This document shows positions 13,302 to 24,958 of a stretch of DNA of 64,000 nt, piece after piece. Positions within the stretch are counted from its first letter, which is position 1. Each line of letters starts with the position of its first letter. This DNA comes from Sphaerodactylus townsendi (Eukaryota), in the NCBI RefSeq assembly GCF_021028975.2, contig NC_059434.1:70494001-70558000 (forward strand), in the 5' to 3' direction. Both the position numbers and the translations under genes were made by a program. The notes below the pieces were generated by a model. The model was not told the DNA's origin. It made no database searches and saw nothing but the letters and a program-made list of their open reading frames with translations.

Positions 13302-14019
13302 ATGTGAGGATGGCACCATTTTGGTACTGGCTTGCCTCCTGCAAATGGCTTTCCCACAGTGCAGGAGGCCAAAAAAAAGTTTTAAAAAACTGTACACCAT
13401 AAAATCCCCCATCGGTGAGAATAGAGATACCCCACGATCTCCGCCTGCAGCTCTGCCAGTGCCCCAGGACCAAATGAGCACTAGACACTGACTAAAGTCG
13501 GCCCTGCCCTCGGCCCACCACTCAAACACCCTGGGCTGCTTCCAGGTCAGTTGCCCCTCTGATGGTGCATTTGCCCCTTTTGCTGGCCAAATGGGCACTG
13601 CAGAATGGGCACTCCAGAGGGGGATTCCCCCCCCCCGCATTTGGCTGCCAAACTTATAAATTAAAAGACAGACTTTTAAAAAATCTATAATTAAAAACTG
13701 ATTTTTTTAAAAAAACAAGATAATTGAGCAGCTTAAAATAACAGTTTTCAGACCAAAAGAACACTATACAATGGTGTTAAAAGATTAAAAGCCTGGTCAG
13801 CAGAAACTTTTTGGCCTGGGAAAAAGAGATTAAGGTAGGTGCCAGGCAAGACTCAAGGGAAAGATTATATAAGCCACTACTGAAAAAGCCGTCTCTGGTA
13901 GCCACCTGCCTCACCTCAGAAGGTGGGGACATGGAGAGCAGGGCTGGTGAGGCAGATCTTAACTTGTGGGCTAGTCAATATGGAAAGAGACAGTCCCCCA
14001 TGTACTCAAGCCCTTTAGG

Positions 14020-14167
14020 CAGTGGTGGGATTCAAATAATTTAACAACCGGTTCCACTTGTGGGATTGAAATAATTTAACATGGTGCTTGTAACTGGTTG
14101 TTTACAAGCACCATTTTTAACAACCGATTCGGCCGAAGTGGTGCGAACCTGCTGGATCCCACCACTG
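14020..14167. mobile_element. hAT-type MITE
   Basis: CAGTGGTGGGAT ... ATCCCACCACTG TIRs, perfect 8-bp TSD CCTTTAGG. Confidence 0.88.
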
Positions 14168-16675
14168 CCTTTAGGCTTTTTAGGGTTGCCAACCATGTCG
14201 GCTCTTATAAGGCAGAGCACGGAGAGGGAGTATCACTGATGCAGTAACATCACTTCTGGATAATCACCCAGAACTGAAATCACTGCACCTACCTGCTGTA
14301 GAAATTCCCCATATCTCTATGGTAAAGACAATAGAATTTGGGAAAATTCCCAGAGCACTCCTGCTACAGTAACTAGAAGTGATGTCACTGCATCTGTGAC
14401 ATCAACTTCCAATTTTTCTTCCACTGTCAGAGTGAAGGAGCATAAATGATATTGGCGATTGCCCACCAGAGCAGTGGGGAGCATTGTAGGCCTGGTACAA
14501 ATCAACATTTTGAACTGTGTGGTTGATGTTTCATCTGTGTGATTTAGGAGGAAATCTCTGAGTTCCAGTTCTAGTCCAATTTTGGTTTAGTGCTTCAGGG
14601 GGGTGGACTTGTTGCCATCTGTTTTATGTGTTTTATTTAATGAATTTTATTGAATTATTTGTATTGATGTTGCACTGTTGTACTGTTGGTCTCACAGTGT
14701 ACGCCACCCTGGGCCCTTCAGGGGAGGGTGGGTCATAAATACAATAAATAAATAAATAATCCCTTGTGACTTTATCCTAGACAAAAGTAGGCATATAGGG
14801 TATATCACACATATTCATATAAATTTGCCACCGCTGAGAGAGGAGGTTGCCCTTGCAATCTTGTCTTCCCATTTACATTTATTTCCCCCAATTAGAAGGT
14901 CTGAAAGGGGCTACTAATAGTCAATATGGAGAGTGTGGAGACCTAGTTCAAATAGCCCTTCTTAGCTTCATAAAGGGAAGCCAACTCTGGGGCGAGAAAT
15001 TCATGGAGATTTGGAGGTACTGTGGGATTTGGGGAGGGGAAAGACCACAGTGAGGTGCAATGCTATAAAGTCCATTCTACAAAGCAACCATATTCTCCCC
15101 CAAAAAATGCCCTCTGTAGTCTGAAGATCACATATAATTCCTGAAGATCTCCTGACCACACCTGGAGACTGACCACATTATTTCTGAGTGACCATGGGAC
15201 AGCAATTATCTCTTGGTCTAACCAGCTGACAGGGTCATCTAAGCACAAAATGAGAAACGTCTGTCTAGATCTTGAAGTTCAGGAAGAGTAAAGATGTAAT
15301 GATGATGATTCCAACCCATTCAGGTTTCTAGCCATAATATCACTCTGATTTCTGGTATTTCCAGGGCAGAATTTGGTGGAGTAGCCAGTCAATAGAGGGT
15401 GTAAAAGGACCCAGCTTTATGGAAGCACTTTAACATGCACAATTTGTTAGCAATTTAATTAAACAGGAAAAATCAGTCAAGTCATCTGAGAGAAAGCTTT
15501 AGCAATCAAACCACACACACACACACAAATTCAATTGAAGTTCTTATTTTAGTAATATGCCCAGGATAACACTGCATTAATTTGAACCAACCATGCACTG
15601 CAGTATAGCTAAATCTCAGTGAAGTGTTTAGAAAAAGAAAACTTTGGCATCCAACTTGAGAGACAGTGTTAACTCAGAATCCTAATTATGTACAATGTAA
15701 CATAAACTGTAGCGTTGGCATTTAACACGGTTTCTTAGCCCTGGGGACGTTGCCTCCATGAAGCTTGTAATAAGAGCTACTTTGCAATTCTAACAACAGT
15801 TTAAGGCACGTCAAGGTCAAAATTAAGAATCTGAAAATGGGAAACTGCAGAATTCCACAGATTTTGATGTGGAACTTCAGAAGAAACAACACATTAGGGC
15901 TTCCTGTGTTTGACTCCAGTGCTAACAAACATTCAAATATATTTCTGAACAGAGCCTGCACACGTACAGCTGAAATGTGTGTAGGTGATTTCTGCAGCTT
16001 GCATGAATTCAGTTCAGATTAATGTTTGGGAGCTAAGGTAAGGGACAGGATCTTACTTAGGGTTGTACAAATATGCCCCATTTTGTTTCTTCTGTTTCTT
16101 TAGTGGTGCTTCCAATCTGTGTGATTCTTCTATGATATTGTATGTCATTAATATAACACTCATATATCCTTTATACATTATAGTTTGTTTTTTTTACTGA
16201 GAGTTCTACATTGGCTATCTTTTTGTTTGGGGGGGGGGGTGTCTGCTTTTATATGGATGCTTCAGAATTGTAGGGAGAACACAATGAAGTTAGTGCTGAA
16301 AAAGTTCAGATTTGATTTAAAATCTACTTGCCTCCAAAAGATTTGTTGTTGCCATGAATGACACGTGCTTAAGGCCTGTTCTCCAAACAGTAGGAAATGT
16401 TACCCAATGTCATTCCTACAGACTTTTTGTGTATTATAAAACCACAAATTAATTTCCTGTTTTATCACTGAGCACTGTCATGCAACAACCCAAACATTTT
16501 GATTAGTACATAATACCCAACTGTTTTGAGGATGGGGTTGACAATTACTGGATTACTTAGTAGGGTTACCACGGTTCTGCAGGAAAATGTGCTTCTTCCT
16601 ACATGAACTAGTATGCTTGAAGCATTTTGAGTCACTTTCAGTATTTTTCTAGTTTATTCTAGTTTATTCTTCTAG

Positions 16676-16722
16676 TGTATTCTTCTGAGCCCTTCGGGGG
16701 TACGGTGGTTTATCAAATCGAA

Positions 16723-16777
<55 letters not shown>

Positions 16778-16779
16778 AA
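16676..16779 (+). repeat. LINE tail with (TAAA)n microsatellite
   Basis: CTGAGCCCTTCGGGGGTACGGTGG followed by about 14 TAAA units. Confidence 0.8.
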
Positions 16780-17364
16780 CATACTAGAACCAAAATAGCA
16801 TCCAGAAACAGACATGTATACCAGTTAATCAACCAAAGCTGAATCCAGTCCTACCAACACTAAAAATAAGATAGAGACAAAATGTTCTGTGGTAAAAGAA
16901 TCAATAAAATTATACAAAAAACATACATTCTTTGAGCTCTACGGCAAATGTGTTCAATCCAGTCTTGGGGATTTGGATGCCCCTGTTCCCATTTAACTTG
17001 TTAATGAATTAATAGGTATGTGATACGTGACTCTCATGGCAACTTTGAAAAATTGCACCCTAGAGGAAGAACTTAACTGTGGAGTGGACTGAATATTTTC
17101 CCCATATTCTAATGGTGGCCCAAAGCAGTTCAACATTTATCAGAGCTTCAGAATGTGGTTCTGTGCAACTGAATGAAATTTTGGAAAACAGAAGTATCTC
17201 TCTCCCCTGACAGATTTTCTTTGGAAGGAAGCCAGGGAGTTTATCAAAATGTTAACCAGAAAGATTACTGCTTGAAAAAGCATAGTCAAATGAAATTTAA
17301 TCACTTATACAGTGAAATTTTGATGTTGTGGGAGCTCGAAGTTAACGCGATGTATCGCGTGGCT

Positions 17365-17562
17365 AGCAGCATTCAGATGATCTCCTGATGTTTCCAGCCA
17401 CATGCATTTGTGGCTGGAACATGCCATTCAGATGATCCTCTGAAGATGCCAGCCACAGATGCAGGCGAAACGTCAGGAGAGAATGCTGCTAGAACACGGC
17501 CATACAGCCCGGAAACCACACAGCACCCAAGTGATTCCGGCCGTGAAAGCCTTCGACTATAC
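17365..17562 (+). mobile_element. Penelope-like element 3' terminal repeat with scrambled inverted 5' segment
   Basis: CCTCTGAAGATGCCAGCCACAGATGCAGGCGAAACGTCAGGAG ... GATTCCGGCCGTGAAAGCCTTCGAC. Upstream pieces TCTCCTGATGTTTC and TGCATTTGTGGCTGG are reverse complements of it. Confidence 0.75.
17436..17478 (+). ncRNA. Minimal type-I hammerhead ribozyme motif (Penelope-associated)
   Basis: Stem I TCCT/AGGA, core CTGAAGA (17440-17446), stem II GCC/GGC, GAAA (17467-17470), palindromic ACGT helix III, GTC cleavage triplet ending at 17474. Confidence 0.7.
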
Positions 17563-18236
17563 AGAAACTGCTCATATCAGAAGCAATATTTTGAAGAAAT
17601 TCCTTAAGCTAGTTTCTGCAAATGCAAACTTTAACTGGTAGAGGAATCAGAATTGACACTTTATTGTTTATTGCTCAAAACATACTAGAGCCAAAGTAGG
17701 CCCATAAAAGAACCGCATATACCAGTTAATCAACCAAAGCTAAATCCTACCAATACTAACTGTTAATTGTTAATTTAATTATTGAAGTCAATTGGTAATT
17801 AATAATTTAATCATTGAAGGCAAATTCTAATTGATTTGATTTACATACACACCTATATAACTGTAGTCATTTTTAAGTCTATATTTTTATTTATATGAAT
17901 TGTTGGTTAACTTTTTCATCTACATCTATGGGAAGGAAGATTTTCAGAAATTTCATCAGTTATGCAATGAAGATAAAAGCACCATCTTGTACATGTGGTG
18001 TTTGTGACTGCTTCTTTCAACCTTGCCAGTGTTTCAGACTGCACCAATTCACTCCAGGACTTAACGTGGGCAAGTACAGATAGGAAGGAAGTTGTTACTG
18101 CAGCTCCACAGGGAGAACTAACCCTGTCTTACGAAACTGTACTTGTGTTTAACGCTATACTGCTTCTTTATTTCAATGCCTAGTATTAATAACACAAGAA
18201 TAGCTACAACTCATCAACCACCATAAATATCTATAT

Positions 18237-18572
18237 CAGGTTTCCCCAAATATTTTGAGCCTGAGGGCACATTTGAAATTCTTACACAGCTTGATGGGTG
18301 CAGCAACAGAATAGTTGGCTCAAAATGTCTGGCACAGCAGGCAGAGCTGGCCACAGCTTAATTTCACTAATACAGTGCTGCTGTGGCAGTGGCTGCCAAA
18401 GCAATATTTACAAAAATCTACACTGCCAATCAAATCCTCAATGTCCAATCAGAAGCCTTTATGGGCAAAACCCCTATCTGGTTCCACCCATTTCCTAAAA
18501 ACACTTACTGGGCACCAGAAAAGGTATCAGAAGAAGCCATAACACCCACTGGGGCAATGTTGGGGACCGCTG
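18237..18572. mobile_element. hAT-type non-autonomous element
   Basis: CAGGTTTCCCCAA ... TTGGGGACCGCTG ends, degenerate 8-bp TSD ATCTATAT/ATCTGTAG. Confidence 0.6.
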
Positions 18573-18597
18573 ATCTGTAGGCTTCTAACTACTACCC

Positions 18598-19226
18598 TGT
18601 CATGGCCCCCTCTGCTGTGGCTGACAGTTCATCAGAGGAAGACTTGCCTGAGCTGCGCAGCGCCATACCAGTTGTGTCAGCAGAAGAGGAAGAAAAGACG
18701 GCTGTGAATCATCACGGGCCGAAGTTGCCAATCCGGGGGGGAGGGGGGGGAGGCGGAATTTTCCCGTTCCAACCTCAACAAGGGCGGAAACAGGCAGATG
18801 GCCATGTTGGGCCAGGGCAAGCGCCAGCACAGCAGCAACCACAAACCATGTCAGGAAATGGGGAGGGTGGCCCAAGCCTTTAAAGGGCCAAGCCCTCCTT
18901 TATGCCGGCCATGTGCTTCGGCCAGCTAGTGATTGCTCTTGTGGCCCCGTTGCTCTTGTGGCGGTTTTGGTGCATGGGTATTGATCTGGAAGGGCCAGAG
19001 AAAGGGAGTTATCAAGCTCGGGAATGGAAGCAAGGGGCAACTGCCCTGCCGAACAGGGTGTATGGGGAGCACCTCTTGCCTGGCAGAGCCCCACAGTGGA
19101 GCTTCGCTGTGATGCTTATATGATCAGATCAAGACCCACTGTTTCAAGATTCACTGTTCTATGTTATTGGTGGTATTTGAGAGAATAAATCAGCCATACT
19201 TGAGGCTTGCTGAGCCTCATCCTTAC
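18598..19226 (+). mobile_element. Probable solo LTR
   Basis: Starts TGTCATGG, GC-rich body, TTTAAA TATA-like motif near 18880, AATAAA near 19184. The 3' terminus and TSD are unclear. Confidence 0.45.
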
Positions 19227-19239
19227 CTCTATTAAACAG

Positions 19240-19412
19240 ACTATTTATATTCCACTTTTCTTTTTAATGAGGACTGGCATAATTTTCCTGTATGCCATTT
19301 TATCTTCACAATAACCCTGAGATGTAATTTAGGCTAAGAGAGAATGACAGACCCAAGGTCAGATAGTGAGCTTCTGTGGCACAGTGGTGATTTGAACCTT
19401 GGTTTTCTAGAT
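19240..19412 (-). mobile_element. Old tRNA-derived SINE fragment
   Basis: CACAATAACCCTGAGATGTA ... CCCAAGGTCA ... GATTTGAACC, related to the Squam3-like body. Confidence 0.55.
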
Positions 19413-21107
19413 CTTTGTTTTCCCCTTCCCAGATGTCACTAATGCCTAATATCTGCCCTTGGACCAATAATGGATATATTTTAAATTATCCATCCTTGTG
19501 GTAAACTCCAGCCCTCCGTTCAGTTTTCTCACATTACCCTAATTCTCTGGCCTTCTGTGCGAACATGTCTCAAATAAGGACAGCACTAAGGAATATCAAT
19601 ACTTCACAAAATGAGATACAGCCTGCTAGAATTCATTTAATGCTACAGAGGCAACAATCATGTGTTTCTGTGTATGTATGTGCTGGTGTGAGGGAATACA
19701 GGATATAAACAAGTCCACGTCCTTGTTTAACGGGATTTAAGAAGCAACATGTGGCAAGCTTTTCAAACAAGATTAGTTTATCCTTGAATAATCTTGGAGA
19801 CGAGTTAATTCCAGTGTACCAGAACAAAAGGTTATAATCTTCCACCTCAGGGTATAAGAACCCCAAAGAAGCTTAAAACATTTCTGAAAAGCTCGCCATT
19901 TGAGCCAACTGAAACTTTTCTGTAAAATCCAAGCCTCTGTTCCAGATGTTAAAGGCTGAGTGGTGTTTGGGCTGGAGCGATATTTGGACTGGAGAGAAGA
20001 GACAGTTGGCATTGCTCTGAGGAGTTATTTTATCTGGGGATGTTTTGATACAAATCTGAGGCAGAAACAGGGAAGGCAGGCATCTCTGACCACATCCCAG
20101 ATGCATTCTTGCACTCACTTTTTGAGAAATCTAGTGCAGAAATATAAGGAGTCTAAACCAGTCAATCAAAACCTTCATTATTTACCAAAATGTTCTTTTT
20201 GCTCCAGTAGAGTACAAGGAAAATAATTAGAAACTAATAATATTTAACATTTATACAGTACATTTCACATTCATTATCTCAGTTATCCTTACAACATACA
20301 TTAATGGATTCATGCAAATACCTTTTCATGTCTCTTAATGTTCATGCATGGGTAAAAAGACCAGCAAGACCATTTGTACCTATTGTCTTTGGCTAGTTTC
20401 TCTTTGTCATTGTTTCTGTCCCAGCATTTTGACACAATTTTACATGATGTGCTGTTTTTTAATGCTACTTATACACATTTATGCTGCTTTCTCACAACTG
20501 TTTCCCTCCCCCCTTCCCTGGCACTAATGCATATGGCACTGTTTCCAACTTAAAGGACATATTGTTAAAAGGGGGGAAATACATTACATTTTAACTTTTG
20601 TATGTGTTGAGGCTTATGTCTCTGTGCTTTATGACAGCATAACTCAGTGCACATTGGTGGCTTCTGAGATACATGGATTCAGCTTTGTCTGCAAATGCAT
20701 GTTATCACACGGATTTATGGAAGTTGTAGTTTATTCCTTCCCTGTCCTCCCTCCCACATCCATTAAAACTTGCTTTTAAAACTACAAATATGGGTGTGTC
20801 TTGGGGCATATCACAACAGACGTCTTGTGACTCACAGTGGCCACATTGACAACTAAATGGAATTCAAGCTGCACTGTCTAGATCACAGATATATTTGCAC
20901 GAAGAAAGAGCAAACCTATGTGACTTGTGCTTAAACTAAGTCAGTGTAGTGATTTCACTATGACTTTAGGGGCTATGTGCCATTTCCTCTAATGATCAAA
21001 AACATTGTTTGCCCACTTCACAGGTGCAAAGCCAGCTCCAGTACAGTACTTTTTATTCCACTGTTCCTCCAAAGAGCCCATGGTGGTATACATAATTCTC
21101 TTTTTGG

Positions 21108-21410
21108 TAGCCAGAATAGTGTAGTGGTTGAGAGCAGGTGGGCTCTAATCTGGAAGACCAGGTTTGATTCCCATTCCTCCAGATGAGCAGCAAAGGCTTA
21201 CCTGGTGAACCGGATTCGTTTCCCCGCTCCTGCATTCCTGCTGGATGATCTTGGGCTAGTCATGATTCTCTCAGAACTCTCTCAACTTCACCTACCTCAC
21301 AAAGGGTTCTCACTTTGTGAGGTAGGTGGGCGAAAGAAGTGTGTAAGCCCCTTTAAATCGCCTTCAGGACAGAAAGGAAGGTATAAATCCAAACTACTAC
21401 TCCTCTTCTA
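21108..21410 (+). mobile_element. tRNA-derived SINE (Squam3-like)
   Basis: TGTAGTGGTTGAGAGC ... GGTTTGATTCCC head, CACCTACCTCACA body, ATAAATCCAAACT tail. Confidence 0.8.
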
Positions 21411-21485
21411 TTTTATCCTCATAACAACCCTGTGAAGTAGGGTAAGTTAAAAAATGTGACTGGCTCCAAGTCACCTCATAACAGA

Positions 21486-21626
21486 GGCTCATTCTGCACA
21501 TGCAGAATAATGCACTTTCAAACTGCTTTCAGTGCTCTTTGAAGCTGTGCGGAATGGCAAAATCCACTTGCAAACAGTTGTGAAAGTGGTCTGAAAACAC
21601 ATTATTTTGCGTGTGCAGAAGGGGCC
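21486..21626. mobile_element. Harbinger-type MITE family A (opposite orientation), nested in a SINE fragment
   Basis: GGCTCATTCTGCAC ... GTGCAGAAGGGGCC, TSD AGA/AGA. Confidence 0.85.
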
Positions 21627-21656
21627 AGAGTGATGATTTGAACCTGCATCCCTCAG

Positions 21657-21856
21657 ACCCCAGATCTGGATGATCTGGGTTAGTCTAGCCTCATCAGATC
21701 TCAGAAATTAAGCAAGGTTGGCCATATTTTGTATTTGGATAGGAAACCACTAAGAAAATCCAGGGTCGTTACACAGAGGCAGGCAATGGCAAAACCACCT
21801 TTGTTTTTCTCTGAAAATCCTACAAGGATAAGTCAGTTGTGATTCAATGGCACTTC
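21657..21856 (+). mobile_element. 5S rRNA-derived SINE (degraded)
   Basis: CTCATCAGATCTCAGAAATTAAGCA ... TTGGATAGGAAACC resembles the 5S internal promoter, followed by a GGCAATGGCAAAACCACC RTE-type tail. Confidence 0.7.
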
Positions 21857-22904
21857 CTCCAGCCTAGATCCTCATCTGACATTAAATGACAAAGGCACGA
21901 CCAAGCCATGACTTCATAGCACAAGTGGCTATTATGTAGGCTTTTTCTGCATAGCAGAAATATAATGTATTGAGGGCATTTTAAAAAGCGTTTTGGGGAA
22001 GAAGTTTGCACAAATCTTGTTTCATCCTGTTGCTCCAACAGGCAGCAGACCTAATGTACAAACTTCTGTTCTCCATTCCCATGAGAAATGCCTGCCTTTG
22101 TCTTGGTAAGACTATTCTTTGTTGAGATGAAGAATCAGATGCATCAAGATAGAGTCTGGATCTGGAATTACCTCTTAGAGCATTTGTATGATCATCCCTT
22201 CATTCTGTCTTTCAGATCCCTTCTCAAAGCCCACCTTTGAATGAAAACCCACTTTTTCAATAGATACTGCAGCGCACACCCTTCCTAAGCCTAAGCAAAT
22301 GTAGCTAGAATGAGCATATATTCTTACCCTGTTTATCCTCATTTTTTTGTTGTGTTTTATCTTATGTAAGTCTTTGGATTGTAATTACATCCAAGCAGGG
22401 ATCTGATTTCTACTACTTTGTAAAGTGCCATGGCATAAAGTAAATACTAACAGTTTTTGTTAGTTTTGTTTTGTAGGCAGAGGGAGAAGTTCAGTTTAAA
22501 AACTGCTCTAAAATCAGCAACATTTAATAACTATTTTGGAGAACTGTTAAGAATACCTTTAGAATTTCTGTGTTTTAAAATTGGACCAGGCAGATGGAAG
22601 AATAAGATATTTTTAATGGCCCTGCCTCTGGTCCATACCCGCTCCAGTGCCAGAAGGGTGTGTGTGTGTGCAATTTCAATGCTTGCTCTGGGCTCTGTTT
22701 TCTATAGATATGCCCTTCTAGCCACACTTGTGTTCTTCATGCAGACCAAACACAAAAAGCCAAAACAGATCTTTAAAAAAAAATGTCTTCAGGATGTTTT
22801 ATTTCTTTTGTGCGGAAAAGACCAAAGCTATTCAGCTCAGCATTGAGTCGAGCATAATTACAGCAACATATATAAGGCCTTTGGTTTGCTGAAGAAAAGA
22901 ATAG

Positions 22905-23018
22905 CCGGGGAAAGCAATGGCAAACTACCCCACAGAAGAGGCTTGCCTATAAAATCACTGCTCGCAGTGGTACCCCAGGGTTGAACACGACTGAAGGGGA
23001 AGTTTTACCTTTTTACCA
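22905..23018 (+). mobile_element. Sauria-like SINE 3' fragment
   Basis: GCAATGGCAAACTACCCC ... ACACGACTGAAGGGG ... TTTTACCTTTTTACC. Confidence 0.55.
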
Positions 23019-23952
23019 CTAGATACGTTTGTAGCTGTCCTGAGCCAGTGCTTGGCTGCTTTGGGAACTGAAAATAAACTCCCCTAGAATGGAGCTCAAG
23101 TTCCCATACTCCACTTTCATTCAAAGCTTGTTATTCAGAGTTGATTCCCTTATGAATGGTAATCATGAATGGTAATCAACTAGTGCTTGTATATATGAAT
23201 GAGCCCTCATGGAACAAGCTACGTATGCAGTCGTTTCTTGTCCCATAACTTCAGATTCAAAGCTTTTCCATGATGTTAGTTCACATACATTCAAGCCGTG
23301 AGTCCAGGGTTGACTAATAGCAGTATATAAGGATCATCCCACAACTGGACGGGAGTTTTGGGGAAGCCAGTTACAAAACTTATCCAGCTCGTTTGAAAGT
23401 ACAGCAGAGGAATATAAAAAAAATCACTAGTAATAATCCATTCAGGGCACGATCTTTTGCTTCTTACATCAAAGTCTCAAACACTGAATGAATTCTTTCT
23501 CTGCTTCAGAAGGCCCAAGAGATGGGGAAAAAATTGCTATCAAATAAATCTCCAAGAACTGACACCCTTATTTTTCCACATAATTTTTTTTCCCCGATCC
23601 TTAAATTTAAATTATGCCAAACTATGGGTTGAGCACAGTGAGGCTAGTAGGATTTAACAATGCTCAGGCTGTTAGACCTTTTGGTATTCACAATGAAGGG
23701 ATTAAAATTCTAACTATAAAAGTGTAGTGCCAGATCAAAGTCTCAAACAGATTAAACGCTATAGACGTCAAGCCTTGAGATCTTGGGAAACCAAACCTCT
23801 AAAACTAATCAGAAATTAAACTGTAGATAGAGAAGAAGGATCTTGCATAAACAGACATTTGCTTGAGATGATCCTTGGCATTGAAATACATCTATGGCCA
23901 TTTACATACAGGGCTTCTCCACGTAGCAAACGTACCTTCTTGCTGAGACAGA

Positions 23953-24083
23953 GGCTGATTCCAAAAACAGCAGTGTGAAAACGGTGTGAAAATGGTGTAA
24001 AAAGGTTTAAAATGGTGTAAAAGGGTTTGTACTGTTTTCACACTGTTTTCACACTGCTGTTTTTGGCCCATCCGGAATCAGCC
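23953..24083. mobile_element. Harbinger-type hairpin MITE
   Basis: Perfect TIR GGCTGATTCC/GGAATCAGCC, TSD AGA/AGA, internal GTGTGAAAA / TTTTCACAC inverted subrepeats. Confidence 0.8.
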
Positions 24084-24629
24084 AGAGTTTCAGTTATGCA
24101 ATATATTAGCTACATTATCCAGGTATGATTTTCACTTACACAATGGTCCCAACGTGGCTGTGCTTTTGATGGGCAAAAGCACAGATCTTACCTATTCAGG
24201 CAAACTGAAACCTTTTCGGCCAGTTCTCCAAGAAGCTGGACCTGCGTAATTGTAGCATGCCTGCCTCAAGTTCGTTTTACTCCACCCTCCCATGATACTC
24301 TTTCCTTCCACCCAGCTCTCCTTGTGAGCACGCGCTAGCAATCAACGCAATAGTGTAGCTTCAAAGTCATGTTGATGTGTTCATCCAACTGCACAGCATG
24401 CACACAAAAAATTTAAGGCACCCCATGAACAACGTCATAAGCACTAGGCGGAAACCCAGGCCATCAAAAGTCAAATCCTCTGCAGAGAGTAATTGCCACC
24501 CCACAGCAGGTGTCAGGAAAAAGGCAATGGATAAGCGGAGAAAGGGGTAATTGATCTCCCAATGCCCCAGGGGAAAAAGCTTCTGAACAAAATACCACAA
24601 ACCTGTTGGCAATCAGTCCATAAATGGCT

Positions 24630-24958
24630 TATGCAGAGGGAGGGAGAGGGGGGGTGGCATGCAAGAGAAGGGGAGGGAGTGAGGGGTGGCATGCAAGGGA
24701 GGGAAGTGGGCCCGGCATCTGGACATGGCCCACCCACCCTAGTGGAGGGGGAGGAGGGAGAGGGGAGGGGTTGCATGCAAGGGAAGGGGAGTGAGGGATG
24801 GGTGGCATGCAAGGGAGGGGAGGGAGAGGGAGGGGGCCTGGCATCTGGACATGACCCACCCACCCTAGCGGAGGGAGGGGAAGGGGAGGGAGGGGTGGCA
24901 TGCAAAGGAAGGGGAGGGAGGGGTGGCATGCACAGGAGGGGAGGGAGGGGAAAGGGAA
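24630..24958. repeat. G-rich minisatellite with 126-bp higher-order repeat
   Basis: Repeated GGTGGCATGCAAGGGA units between G/A tracts. GGCATCTGGACATG..CCACCCACCCTAG occurs at 24714 and 24840. Confidence 0.85.

Noticed and set aside
18602-18883. 93-aa acidic/Gly/Gln-rich ORF that looks like an exon
   Set aside because: It lies inside a probable LTR, upstream of its TATA-like motif, and has no recognisable homology.
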